From Oscillospiraceae bacterium (GTDB lineage: Bacteria > Bacillota > Clostridia > Oscillospirales > Oscillospiraceae), in assembly GCA_963627445.1 (NCBI GenBank), contig CAVGBM010000107.1:1-63948 (forward strand): 63,948 nucleotides of DNA, given 5' to 3'. The position numbers were made by a program, and so were the translations under genes. The notes under the pieces were generated by a model. It did no database searches, was not told where the DNA came from, and worked only from the letters and a program-made list of their open reading frames with translations. Each line of letters opens with the position of its first letter. Positions within the stretch are counted from its first letter, which is position 1. Shown here piece after piece: positions 18,440 through 27,245 of this stretch.

Positions 18440-19009
18440 TCAGAGCACCTCCAGCGCTATCTGCGTCCATGTTTCCATGTTGTCGTAATTTGCCTTGAGC
18501 TCGGGCAGGGTCATCCACAGTCCTTCGAGCTTTTCAGTCTCCTTAACGGACACCTCGCCCTCGGTCTCAAGTGTGAAGCATGCGCCGAGATGCACGCTGC
18601 CGACGCTGTTTGAGTCGTCATTTATAAAGCCGCAGGAGCAAAGCTCACCGTGGCTATGAAGGTCGACCTCCTCGTGGATCTCACGCCACAGCCCCTTCAT
18701 GAGCATGTCGCCCTGCTCGTCAACGGGGTTTATATGACCGCCGACACCGATGGATATCTTGCCGTGAAGCCTTGCCTCACCGCCCTTGTTGAGTCTGCGG
18801 GTGACAAAGACCTTGTCGCCCTGACGCAGGATGACATAGGGGATTATCTGCTTAAAATCCGGCCGCTCCTCGGCCTCGGGTCTGGGCATATACTCATGCT
18901 CTGTGCGGATGATCTCAAGCAGCTCCGGCACATTTTCGGTTATAAGGCCGTTTCTGCCTGCTATGAATTTTTCGATTTTTTCTCTTTTTACTACTAATAC
19001 CTGTTCCAT
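18440..19009 (-). CDS. Nudix-family hydrolase-like protein
   Basis: ORF 18440..19021 trimmed to ATG 19009 (TAATG overlap with the glpK stop). Nudix-box-like GGHINPVDEQGDMLMKGLWREIHEEVDL. Confidence 0.7.
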   Translation of the reverse strand: MEQVLVVKREKIEKFIAGRNGLITENVPELLEIIRTEHEYMPRPEAEERPDFKQIIPYVILRQGDKVFVTRRLNKGGEARLHGKISIGVGGHINPVDEQGDMLMKGLWREIHEEVDLHSHGELCSCGFINDDSNSVGSVHLGACFTLETEGEVSVKETEKLEGLWMTLPELKANYDNMETWTQIALEVL

Positions 19010-20511
19010 TACTCTTCCCACTTTGCCGAGCGCTCAACGGCACGCAGCCATGTTGCGTGCAGCTTCTCAGCATCCTTTTCGTCCATAACGGGCTCAAAGA
19101 CCCTGTCTGATTTTCTAAGCTTCTTTATCTCGTCAACGCTGCTCCAAACGCCGGTCGCAAGACCTGCAAGGAACGCTGCACCGAACGCCGTAGTCTCAAC
19201 CATCTGCGGGCGGTCGATGGGCTTTCTGAGCAGATCCGACTGGAATTGAAGCAGGAAGTTGTTGACCGAAGCGCCGCCGTCAACACGTAAAACGGAGAGC
19301 TTTTCTCCGGCATCAGATTCCATGGCGTCCAAAAGATCCTTGACCTGATATGCAATGCCCTCCAGCGCTGCTCTTGCGATATGCGCCTTTGTGCAACCTC
19401 TTGTAAGGCCGACTATCGCACCTCTTGCATACATATCCCACCTCGGTGCGCCAAGTCCCGTAAAGGCCGACACGAGGTAAACGCCGCCGTTATCGGGAAC
19501 CGAGGTCGCAAGTGCCTCACACTCGGACGATGTGCCGAGAAGGCCGACCTCGTCACGCAGCCACTGGATGGTGCTGCCTGCGTTAAACACGCTGCCCTCG
19601 AGAGCATACGTAGTCTCGCCGCCGATCGACCATGCAACGCTAGTTACAAGGCCGTTTTTGCTTCTGACAGACTGGCTGCCGGTGTTCATAAGGGTAAAGC
19701 AGCCGGTGCCGTAGGTGTTTTTTGCCTGGCCGCGGTCGATGCAGCCCTGCCCGAACAGCGCTGCCGCCTGGTCGCCTGCGCTGCCGCAGACAGGGGTACC
19801 GGCAAGTATCTCAATACCACTTATGCCTGCTGCCACCTTGCCGTATATCATCGACGACGGCACGGGCGTGGGCAGCATGCTCATGGGGATATCTAGCGCT
19901 TCGCAGAGTTTTTCGTCCCACTTGAGCTCGTTTATATCAAATATCATAGTTCTCGAGCAGTTTGAATAGTCTGAAACATGAGCCTTGCCACCGGTGAGGT
20001 TCCAGATAAGCCACGAGTCGACATTGCCGAACAGCAGCTCGCCTCGCTCGGCTCTTTCTCTTGCACCGGGAACATTGTCGAGTATCCACTTTATCTTCGT
20101 GCCGGAAAAATACGCATCGATGAGCAGTCCCGTCTTTTCCTGAATGTAGTCGCCTATGCCGGTCTTTTCAAGCTCCTCGCACATTTGTGCAGTCCTTCTG
20201 CACTGCCAGACTATCGCATTATGCACGGGCTTGCCGGTGTTCTTATCCCAAACGATGGTGGTCTCACGCTGGTTCGTGATGCCTATGCCTGCAATATCCG
20301 TGGGCGAAAGCTCGCTTTTCTCAAAAGCCTCAGCCATCGCGCGAAGCTGCGTGTCGAGAATGACCATGGGGTCGTGCTCCACCCAGCCGGGCTTCGGGAA
20401 TATCTGCGGGAAGGGATACTGCCCTATGGAAACGGGGATACCGTTCGAGTCAAAGATTATCGCCCTTGAGCTGGTAGTGCCCTGATCGAGAGCTATAACA
20501 TAACCGTTCAT
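19009..20511 (-). CDS. glpK: glycerol kinase
   Basis: 500 aa. Starts [18 protein letters not shown] and is FGGY-family sugar kinase throughout. Confidence 0.95.
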   Translation of the reverse strand: MNGYVIALDQGTTSSRAIIFDSNGIPVSIGQYPFPQIFPKPGWVEHDPMVILDTQLRAMAEAFEKSELSPTDIAGIGITNQRETTIVWDKNTGKPVHNAIVWQCRRTAQMCEELEKTGIGDYIQEKTGLLIDAYFSGTKIKWILDNVPGARERAERGELLFGNVDSWLIWNLTGGKAHVSDYSNCSRTMIFDINELKWDEKLCEALDIPMSMLPTPVPSSMIYGKVAAGISGIEILAGTPVCGSAGDQAAALFGQGCIDRGQAKNTYGTGCFTLMNTGSQSVRSKNGLVTSVAWSIGGETTYALEGSVFNAGSTIQWLRDEVGLLGTSSECEALATSVPDNGGVYLVSAFTGLGAPRWDMYARGAIVGLTRGCTKAHIARAALEGIAYQVKDLLDAMESDAGEKLSVLRVDGGASVNNFLLQFQSDLLRKPIDRPQMVETTAFGAAFLAGLATGVWSSVDEIKKLRKSDRVFEPVMDEKDAEKLHATWLRAVERSAKWEE

Positions 20512-20603
20512 GTCTATTCCTCCAGTTTTTTGTTGACTAATGTATTATCTCGATATAAAATCATTCCTAGAAAACACTATAACACAAAGAGAGGATTATT
20601 TCC

Positions 20604-21533
20604 ATGCCTACTTTCAAGGATTTCTATTTTAATTCGAGCACTGGCAAAAACAAGATCCACGCCCGCATGTGCGTTCCCGACACCGAGCCGAGAGCTATCG
20701 TGCAGATCATCCACGGCATCGCTGAGCACATTGACCGCTACGACGAGTTCATGAGCTTTCTTGCCGGCAACGGCATCATCGCTGTCGGCACCGACCATCT
20801 CGGCCACGGCAAGAGCATTGAGAGCGAGGAGCAGACGGGCTTCTTTGCGTATGAAAATGGCTGGGACTATGTCGTGCGCGACGAGGAAGTGCTCAGACTT
20901 GCCATGCATGAAAATTACCCCGAGCTGCCCATCATCGTCTTTGGCCACAGCATGGGAAGCTTCATGACCCGCACACTGCTCATCCGTTACCCCAATGCGT
21001 TCAACGCAGCGATAATCAGCGGCACGGGCAACCAGGGCTCAGCCCTTGTAAACAGCGGTCTTTTCATGGGCAACCTCGTGACCGGCCTCAAGGGCGCTCA
21101 CCATTACAGCAAGTTCCTCAATAACCTCGCATTCGGCAGCTACAATAAGATATACGAAAATCCCAAGACGGAATATGACTGGCTGTCAAGAGACGAGGCC
21201 AATGTTCAGAAATACATTGACGATCCCCTCTGCGGCTTTATCCCCTCTTGCAGCCTGTTCCGCGATATGATGACGGGCGTTAAGTTCATTACGAACAAGA
21301 AAAATCTCACCGCCATGAACAAGGATATGCCCGTTTACTTCATGTCCGGCGATATGGATCCCGTCGGCGAATGCGGCAAGGGCGTTCAGAAGGCGTACAA
21401 CAACTTCCTTGAGGCAGGCATGAAGGATGTCAGCATCAAGCTCTACCCCGGCGGCAGACACGAGATGCTAAACGAGATAAACAAGGATGAGGTATATACC
21501 GACATTCTCGCCTGGCTTAACAGCAAAATCTGA
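20604..21533 (+). CDS. alpha/beta hydrolase (lysophospholipase/monoacylglycerol-lipase-like)
   Basis: 309 aa with HGIAEH and the nucleophile elbow GHSMGS. Confidence 0.8.
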   Translation: MPTFKDFYFNSSTGKNKIHARMCVPDTEPRAIVQIIHGIAEHIDRYDEFMSFLAGNGIIAVGTDHLGHGKSIESEEQTGFFAYENGWDYVVRDEEVLRLAMHENYPELPIIVFGHSMGSFMTRTLLIRYPNAFNAAIISGTGNQGSALVNSGLFMGNLVTGLKGAHHYSKFLNNLAFGSYNKIYENPKTEYDWLSRDEANVQKYIDDPLCGFIPSCSLFRDMMTGVKFITNKKNLTAMNKDMPVYFMSGDMDPVGECGKGVQKAYNNFLEAGMKDVSIKLYPGGRHEMLNEINKDEVYTDILAWLNSKI

Positions 21534-21542
21534 TAAATTTAG

Positions 21543-21574
21543 ACCGGCTCGGTATCATTCCGAGCCGGTTTTTT
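21543..21574 (+). terminator. rho-independent terminator
   Basis: ACCGGCTCGG-N7-CCGAGCCGGT stem followed by TTTTTT. Confidence 0.8.
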
Positions 21575-21695
21575 ATGTTTTTGTCGGGTAATTAACGGGG
21601 GTTAACGGTGCTTATTCCAAGGGCGGAAACTTAACTTGCCATTTGATATTATGGGAGCTACAATCCGTATATAACTATACGGGGGGTATATTAGA

Positions 21696-22889
21696 ATGGA
21701 TTATAGCTTCATTATTGCTATTGCGATAATCCTGCTTTCGACAAAGGTTTTGGGCGTTGCGAGTGAAAAGGTCAACATGCCGCAGGTCGTCGGCGCTCTT
21801 ATCGCCGGCCTGCTGCTCGGCCCGAGCTGCTTTGGACTTATAGGCGAGACGGACTTTCTCATAAAGGCAGCCGAGATCGGCGTTATCGTCCTCATGTTCA
21901 ATGCAGGACTTGAGACGGATGTAAAGGAGCTTAAAAACACCGGCCTATCGGCGCTTGTCATCGCTTCTATCGGCGTTATCGTGCCGTTCTTGGGCGGTGC
22001 CGGCTGCTATCTGCTATTTAACGCCGAGCATGACCCGAGCAAAATGCTCAAGGCCGCATTTATCGGCGTGGTCCTCACGGCCACCTCGGTCTCGATAACG
22101 GTTGAGACACTGCGTGAAATTGGCAAGCTCAAGAGCCGTGTGGGCACAGCCATTATGGCAGCCGCCGTCATTGACGATATACTCGGCATCGTCGTGCTGA
22201 CAGTCCTGACCGGCTTTACCGACAGCAGCGTTAAGCCGATCACCATCCTGGTTCGCATCATCGTATACTTCATATTCCTTGCGGTCATTGCATTTATCGT
22301 CCGCAAGTTCTTCGTCGGCAGAAAGTGGGGCGGCAGAAAGCGTACCGCCATCTTTGCGCTGGCATTCTGCCTTGCTGTGAGCTATGCGTCCGAAGAGTTT
22401 TTCGGCATCGCAGATATCACCGGCGCTTACTTTGCGGGCGTTATGCTCAGCGGAACGAGAAAAGCCACGGAATATATCTTCGACTGCACGAACAAGATGA
22501 GCTACATGTTCTTCTCCCCTATCTTCTTTGCCTCGATAGGCATCAAAACGGAGCTGGCAGGGCTCAACGGCAATCTGATACTGTTTGCCGTGGTGCTGAC
22601 GCTTATTGCGATAATCACGAAGATAATCGGCTGCGGTCTCGGTGCAAGGCTCACGGGGTTCAAGACCTATGACTCGATATCTATAGGCTTGGGCATGGTG
22701 TCCCGCGGCGAGGTCGCACTGATAGTTGCGCAGAAAGGCAGCATGGCGGGACTTATCGCCGGAACGATGTTCCCTGCCGTTGTCCTCGTCGTCATAGTTA
22801 CAACGCTCATAACGCCGCTATTACTAAAAGTCGGCATGAAGCGTCAAACGCCCGACAACACAGAGCCGCCGCTCCCGGTTGGAGCATAA
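21696..22889 (+). CDS. cation:proton antiporter (CPA-type Na+/H+ or K+/H+ exchanger, membrane domain only)
   Basis: 397 aa, about 12 TM, with a Kef/NapA-like N-terminus (ILLSTKVLGVASEKVNMPQVVGALIAGLLLGP). Confidence 0.82.
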   Translation: MDYSFIIAIAIILLSTKVLGVASEKVNMPQVVGALIAGLLLGPSCFGLIGETDFLIKAAEIGVIVLMFNAGLETDVKELKNTGLSALVIASIGVIVPFLGGAGCYLLFNAEHDPSKMLKAAFIGVVLTATSVSITVETLREIGKLKSRVGTAIMAAAVIDDILGIVVLTVLTGFTDSSVKPITILVRIIVYFIFLAVIAFIVRKFFVGRKWGGRKRTAIFALAFCLAVSYASEEFFGIADITGAYFAGVMLSGTRKATEYIFDCTNKMSYMFFSPIFFASIGIKTELAGLNGNLILFAVVLTLIAIITKIIGCGLGARLTGFKTYDSISIGLGMVSRGEVALIVAQKGSMAGLIAGTMFPAVVLVVIVTTLITPLLLKVGMKRQTPDNTEPPLPVGA

Positions 22890-22891
22890 AC

Positions 22892-22923
22892 GAAAAAAGG
22901 CACACCAGACGGTGTGCCTTTTT
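22892..22923. terminator. bidirectional terminator between convergent antiporter and mreB genes
   Basis: AAGGCACACC-AGAC-GGTGTGCCTT stem flanked by an A-run and a T-run. Confidence 0.8.
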
Positions 22924-22934
22924 GCTGCCTAAAG

Positions 22935-23981
22935 TTAGTTTTTCATTTCCCTGTTCCTCAGGAAGTTCATCATGCCGTCCTGCATGTAGTCGAGTCTGCC
23001 GAGCATCTTGCCCGCGCCGTGGACTGTGCATGCAATTGGGTCGTCAACGAGCATAGTGCTTATGCCGGTACTGTTTTGAACGAGGGTATCCATGCCAAAG
23101 ATCATGCTTCCGCCGCCGGACATAATGATACCGTTATCGGCAAGATCGCCTATAAGCTCAGGCGGAGTTCTCTCCAAAACAGCATGAACGCTCTCGAGAA
23201 TGAGCTCTGCGGGCTCTCTGAGGACATCAACAAGCTCGGATGCGCTGACCTCGACGGTCTTGGGAAGGCCGGTCATAAGGTCTCTGCCCTTGACCTCCTC
23301 GCAAGAGTCAACGCCGCCCTTGAGCTCAATGCCGCCTATGCTTATCTTCAGCTCCTCGGCAGTTCTCTCGCCGATGAGCAGGTTGTGCTTTTTCTTAATG
23401 TATCTGATAATGGCTTCGTCAAAGCTGTAGCCTGCGGTCTTAATAGACTCGCACTCGACGACACCGCCCATCGACACCACGGCAACATCCGTCGTGCCTC
23501 CGCCGATATCGATGACCATGTGGCCGTCGGGCTTGTTGATATCAACGCCTGCGCCGACAGCGGTGGCAACGGCATTCTCAACAAGATACACCTTTCTTGC
23601 GCCCGCCTCGATGGCTGCGTCGATTATCGCACGTTCCTCAACGCCGGTGATGCTGCTCGGAACGCACATAAGGAGCCTGGGCTTAAAAAGGCTGAACGAG
23701 GTAACACGGCTGACAAGCTCACGAAGCATCATTGCAGACATGTCATAGTCGGATATGACACCGTTACTAATGGGATGTATCGCAACGACATTCGCGGGAG
23801 TGCGGCCGAGTGTTTTCTTGGCCTCCTCGCCTATCTTGAGCATTCTGCCGTTATTTTTGTCGACGGCAACGACCGTAGGCTCACGAAGTGCAACGCCGCT
23901 TCCGGCAACAAAAACCTGCGTTGACGAGGTTCCCATATCTATCGCGATATCTCTTTCAAATATAACCATAGTTTTCTCCAA
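22935..23981 (-). CDS. mreB: rod-shape-determining actin homologue MreB/Mbl
   Basis: 348 aa. Actin-fold phosphate motifs DIAIDMGTSSTQVFV and VIDIGGGTTDVAVV. Confidence 0.9.
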   Translation of the reverse strand: MEKTMVIFERDIAIDMGTSSTQVFVAGSGVALREPTVVAVDKNNGRMLKIGEEAKKTLGRTPANVVAIHPISNGVISDYDMSAMMLRELVSRVTSFSLFKPRLLMCVPSSITGVEERAIIDAAIEAGARKVYLVENAVATAVGAGVDINKPDGHMVIDIGGGTTDVAVVSMGGVVECESIKTAGYSFDEAIIRYIKKKHNLLIGERTAEELKISIGGIELKGGVDSCEEVKGRDLMTGLPKTVEVSASELVDVLREPAELILESVHAVLERTPPELIGDLADNGIIMSGGGSMIFGMDTLVQNSTGISTMLVDDPIACTVHGAGKMLGRLDYMQDGMMNFLRNREMKN

Positions 23982-24037
23982 TCCGCCGAGCGTTTATCGG
24001 CGACTTTTGTTATAATTCTATCCCTATTAATCAAATA

Positions 24038-24700
24038 TCAATCTTCACGGCGTGCAAGAGTTATGCAGTAAACCGCCTTTGCGCCTGCTTTTTTGAGCAT
24101 CCGTGCACATTCGGAGACGGTCGAGCCCGTGGTGACCACATCGTCAACGAGCAGAATATACTTACCCTTGACTGCATTCTGGTCAATGACCGTGTACGCT
24201 CCGACGACATTTACAGCCCTTTGCTTTGCATCCTTAATAGTCGACTGCGCCGTGTTGTTCTTTATCTTCTTTAGCGTCGGCACAAACCTCACATCGACAG
24301 CCTTGGATATCTCCCTTGCCAAAAGCTCGGCCTGATTATACCCTCTGTCGTGAAGTCGTTTCTTGCTTAACGGTATACATGATATCATATCAATGCTGCC
24401 GCAATCAAGATTATTTTCGGCACATTCCGACATTATTGCGCCCAGCCTGCGGCCATAGCACGAGCAGCCGGAGAATTTGAAGCGCAGCACGGCGCGGCGG
24501 ACATAGTCCTTGTAATAAAGCGGCGATATGCATTTATCCACAAGCGGAAACTTCTGATAGACGCTGTCACCCTTGGTGTATGGCAGCGTTTTGACGCAGT
24601 CATTGCATATATCCGACTTATCTATGACCTTTCCGCAGAACACGCATTTGGGCGGATAAATAAGGCTCAGTATGTAGTCAAATATTTTATTCATCCGCAA
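24038..24700 (-). CDS. comFC: ComF-family protein (phosphoribosyltransferase-like, competence ComFC type)
   Basis: N-terminal Cys4 finger (CVFCGK...CNDC) and PRTase loop ILLVDDVVTTGST. Confidence 0.85.
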   Translation of the reverse strand: MRMNKIFDYILSLIYPPKCVFCGKVIDKSDICNDCVKTLPYTKGDSVYQKFPLVDKCISPLYYKDYVRRAVLRFKFSGCSCYGRRLGAIMSECAENNLDCGSIDMISCIPLSKKRLHDRGYNQAELLAREISKAVDVRFVPTLKKIKNNTAQSTIKDAKQRAVNVVGAYTVIDQNAVKGKYILLVDDVVTTGSTVSECARMLKKAGAKAVYCITLARRED

Positions 24701-26888
24701 TAAGCCTCAAACGCAGTGCACTATAGCGCCTTGACTGCTTGTTGTTATCTATCATGCGATGGGCGATATTATCGTCACCGACCATTATAAGCAGTTCCTT
24801 TGCCCTTGTGACCGCCGTATACAGCACGCCCCTTGTGAGAAGCATCTGAACATCACCGCTGAGTGCCAGCACAACGGCTCTGTACTCGCTGCCCTGCGAT
24901 TTATGCACCGTCAGCGCCCAAGCGTGCTCAAGCTCGTTGAGCATTTCAAAGCTGTAGGTCGCAAGCTTGTCCTCAAAATCGACGGTCAGCGTCTCTGTTA
25001 TGGGGTCTATCTGCGCTATAGTTCCGATGTCCCCGTTATAAACGCCAGCGCCGCTCACGCCTCCCTTGGTTTTCCATATGGTATCGTAATTGTTCTTTGT
25101 TTGAATTACTCTGTCGCCGACGCGGAAAACCGCTTCGCCGAAAAGCTTTTCCTTCTTGCTTTCGCCGGGTGGATTAAGCGCCGCCTGCAGGCGCTTATTA
25201 AGGTTCACGGTGCCGGTCTCGCCCTTTCTCGTGGGCGAAAGCACCTGAATGCTCGCAGAGGGGATATTCATATTATCGGGAAGTCTTCGTGCGCACAGCT
25301 CAACTATCGTCTCGACTGCCGTGCCGCCCTTGAGCCTGCGCAGGCGGAAGAAGTCGCCGGTGTTGGCCTCAAAATCGGGGTGCTCCCCCCTGTTTATCAT
25401 ATGTGCGTTGCGCACGATGCGACTGTCGCCCTTTTGGCGGAATATCTCCGTCAGGCGCACGGTGGGCACGGTCTGGCTTCGTATGATATCCGAGAAAACA
25501 TTGCCGGGGCCTACCGACGGCAGCTGATCTGCATCGCCCACAAGAACAAGCCTGCACCCGGGCTTTAATGCTTTTAACAGCGAGCACATAAGCGTTATGT
25601 CAACCATCGAGCACTCGTCCAGAACAAGTGCATCGCAGTTTAACGGATCGCCCTCATGCTTGGAAAAGACGACAGACTCGCCGTCCTCGGACATTTTTGC
25701 ACCCAGCAGCCTGTGTATGGTTGATGCTTCCCTGCCGGTGAGCTCGCTCATGCGCTTTGCGGCTCTGCCGGTCGGGGCAGCAAGCAGCGTTTCAAGCTCA
25801 AGCTCGTCGTATAGGCTCAAAATGCCCTTTAAGATCGTGGTTTTGCCCGTGCCGGGGCCGCCGGTGATGACAAGTATCCTGTTATTGAGCGCAAGCTCAA
25901 TTGACTGCTTTTGAAGCGGTGCATAGCTGATATCGTACATGTTTTCAAGCTTTGATATCAGCTTTTCCACGTTTGCGTTGCTCTTTGTTTTTAGTCCTAT
26001 CATGCTCTTGAGCCTGTCGGCCGTGTAAGTCTCTGCCTCATAAAGCTCGGCAAGGTAGCAGACATTGAGGTTTGCGACCGTGTCGCAGACGATGCCGCCG
26101 TTTTCAGACAGGCTGTCGATGGCATCGGATACCAGCTCAGCCGGTACGGAGATGAGCTGCGAGGTCGCAGCGATGAGCTTATCTCGCGGGATAAAGCAGT
26201 GGCCGTTTCCGCTGTTGTGCTGAAGCTCAAACAATACGGCGGCCGAAATTCTGTTTATGCTGTCGCCCTCGATGCCGAGCTCAAGGGCGAGATTATCCGC
26301 CTCGGCAAAGCTTGCGCCGATATGGCTTGCAGAAATTATGTACGGGTTTTCGTGCACCGTCTCAAGCGCCGCCGAACCGTAGGCCCTGTAAAGCTTGAGC
26401 GCAACGAGCGGCTGAATGTTGTATGCACACAAAAACTCCGTGAGTCGTCTTACCCCGGCCTGCTTTTTGAAGCTTGCACTCAGATCCTTTGCCTTTGTTA
26501 AGCTGATGCCCTTTATCTCGGCAAGCTTTTCTGGGTGCATTTCGAGTATATCTAGTGACTTTTCCTTGAATCTGTCGACGATAAGCGCCGCAGTGGCAGG
26601 GCCGATGCCCTTGACGGTGCTTCCTGCAAGATACTCATAAATGCCGTCGGCAGAGGTCGGCAGCAGCCTGTTTGACTGCTCGATCTTAAACTGCCTGCCA
26701 TGCTGGGCATGCGTCACCCACGAGCCCTCGGCAGAGATCATCTCACCCGGTGCGATATAAGGCAGGCAGCCGACGGCAGTTACCATCTCACCGCTATCTG
26801 TCTCCATGCGCACAACGGCATAGCCGTTTTCGTCGTTAAGATAAATGACTGAGCTTATTATTCCGTTTATCTCAGTTAGCTCTACCAT
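24687..26888 (-). CDS. recD2: SF1B ATP-dependent RecD-like DNA helicase (RecD2)
   Basis: ORF 24687..26975 trimmed to ATG 26888 (MVELTEINGII.., GGAGAG RBS). Walker A ITGGPGTGKTT, LVLDECSMVD, and the C-terminal SH3/2B region. Confidence 0.9.
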   Translation of the reverse strand: MVELTEINGIISSVIYLNDENGYAVVRMETDSGEMVTAVGCLPYIAPGEMISAEGSWVTHAQHGRQFKIEQSNRLLPTSADGIYEYLAGSTVKGIGPATAALIVDRFKEKSLDILEMHPEKLAEIKGISLTKAKDLSASFKKQAGVRRLTEFLCAYNIQPLVALKLYRAYGSAALETVHENPYIISASHIGASFAEADNLALELGIEGDSINRISAAVLFELQHNSGNGHCFIPRDKLIAATSQLISVPAELVSDAIDSLSENGGIVCDTVANLNVCYLAELYEAETYTADRLKSMIGLKTKSNANVEKLISKLENMYDISYAPLQKQSIELALNNRILVITGGPGTGKTTILKGILSLYDELELETLLAAPTGRAAKRMSELTGREASTIHRLLGAKMSEDGESVVFSKHEGDPLNCDALVLDECSMVDITLMCSLLKALKPGCRLVLVGDADQLPSVGPGNVFSDIIRSQTVPTVRLTEIFRQKGDSRIVRNAHMINRGEHPDFEANTGDFFRLRRLKGGTAVETIVELCARRLPDNMNIPSASIQVLSPTRKGETGTVNLNKRLQAALNPPGESKKEKLFGEAVFRVGDRVIQTKNNYDTIWKTKGGVSGAGVYNGDIGTIAQIDPITETLTVDFEDKLATYSFEMLNELEHAWALTVHKSQGSEYRAVVLALSGDVQMLLTRGVLYTAVTRAKELLIMVGDDNIAHRMIDNNKQSRRYSALRLRLIADE

Positions 26889-27201
26889 AGCTCTCTCCAT
26901 CTTTCGAAAGTGTAATATAGCCGTATTTTTCAGCGTAAGCCTCCGCAATATGCTTCGCTGCGGCATCGGCATCATGTGTGTCTATGCGCAGGTTCGCCTT
27001 CAGTGTTCCGTTATCACGCAGCCACACAAAGCCTTTTATCGTCTGCTCAAGCTTCGGTTCGCTGCCACGCACGCTAAGCTCGATGCTTATGCGGGTGTTC
27101 TCACCGCTCGTTATGGGCGTGAGCAGCAGCCCCTTGAGCGACCAAAGCATGATAAGAAGTATTGCTGCTATCGCAAGTCCTACTATAAAATCGACTAACA
27201 T
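26872..27201 (-). CDS. small single-pass membrane protein, unknown function
   Basis: ORF 26872..27249 trimmed to ATG 27201, which has a perfect AGGAGG RBS 7 nt upstream. TM is MLVDFIVGLAIAAILLIMLW. The stop overlaps the recD2 start. Confidence 0.65.
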   Translation of the reverse strand: MLVDFIVGLAIAAILLIMLWSLKGLLLTPITSGENTRISIELSVRGSEPKLEQTIKGFVWLRDNGTLKANLRIDTHDADAAAKHIAEAYAEKYGYITLSKDGESYGRAN

Positions 27202-27245
27202 ACCCAGCCTCCTTTGTGCATTATATGAGGCTGAGCATGGTCGGG

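Noticed and set aside
22935-23981. The lone mreB without mreC/mreD as an anomaly.
   Set aside because: Sporeforming Firmicutes commonly carry additional stand-alone MreB/Mbl paralogues, so this is not unusual.
23982-24037. A raiA-motif or other structured RNA downstream of comFC.
   Set aside because: Only 56 nt separate comFC from mreB, which is too short for that motif. No conserved-looking structure is visible.
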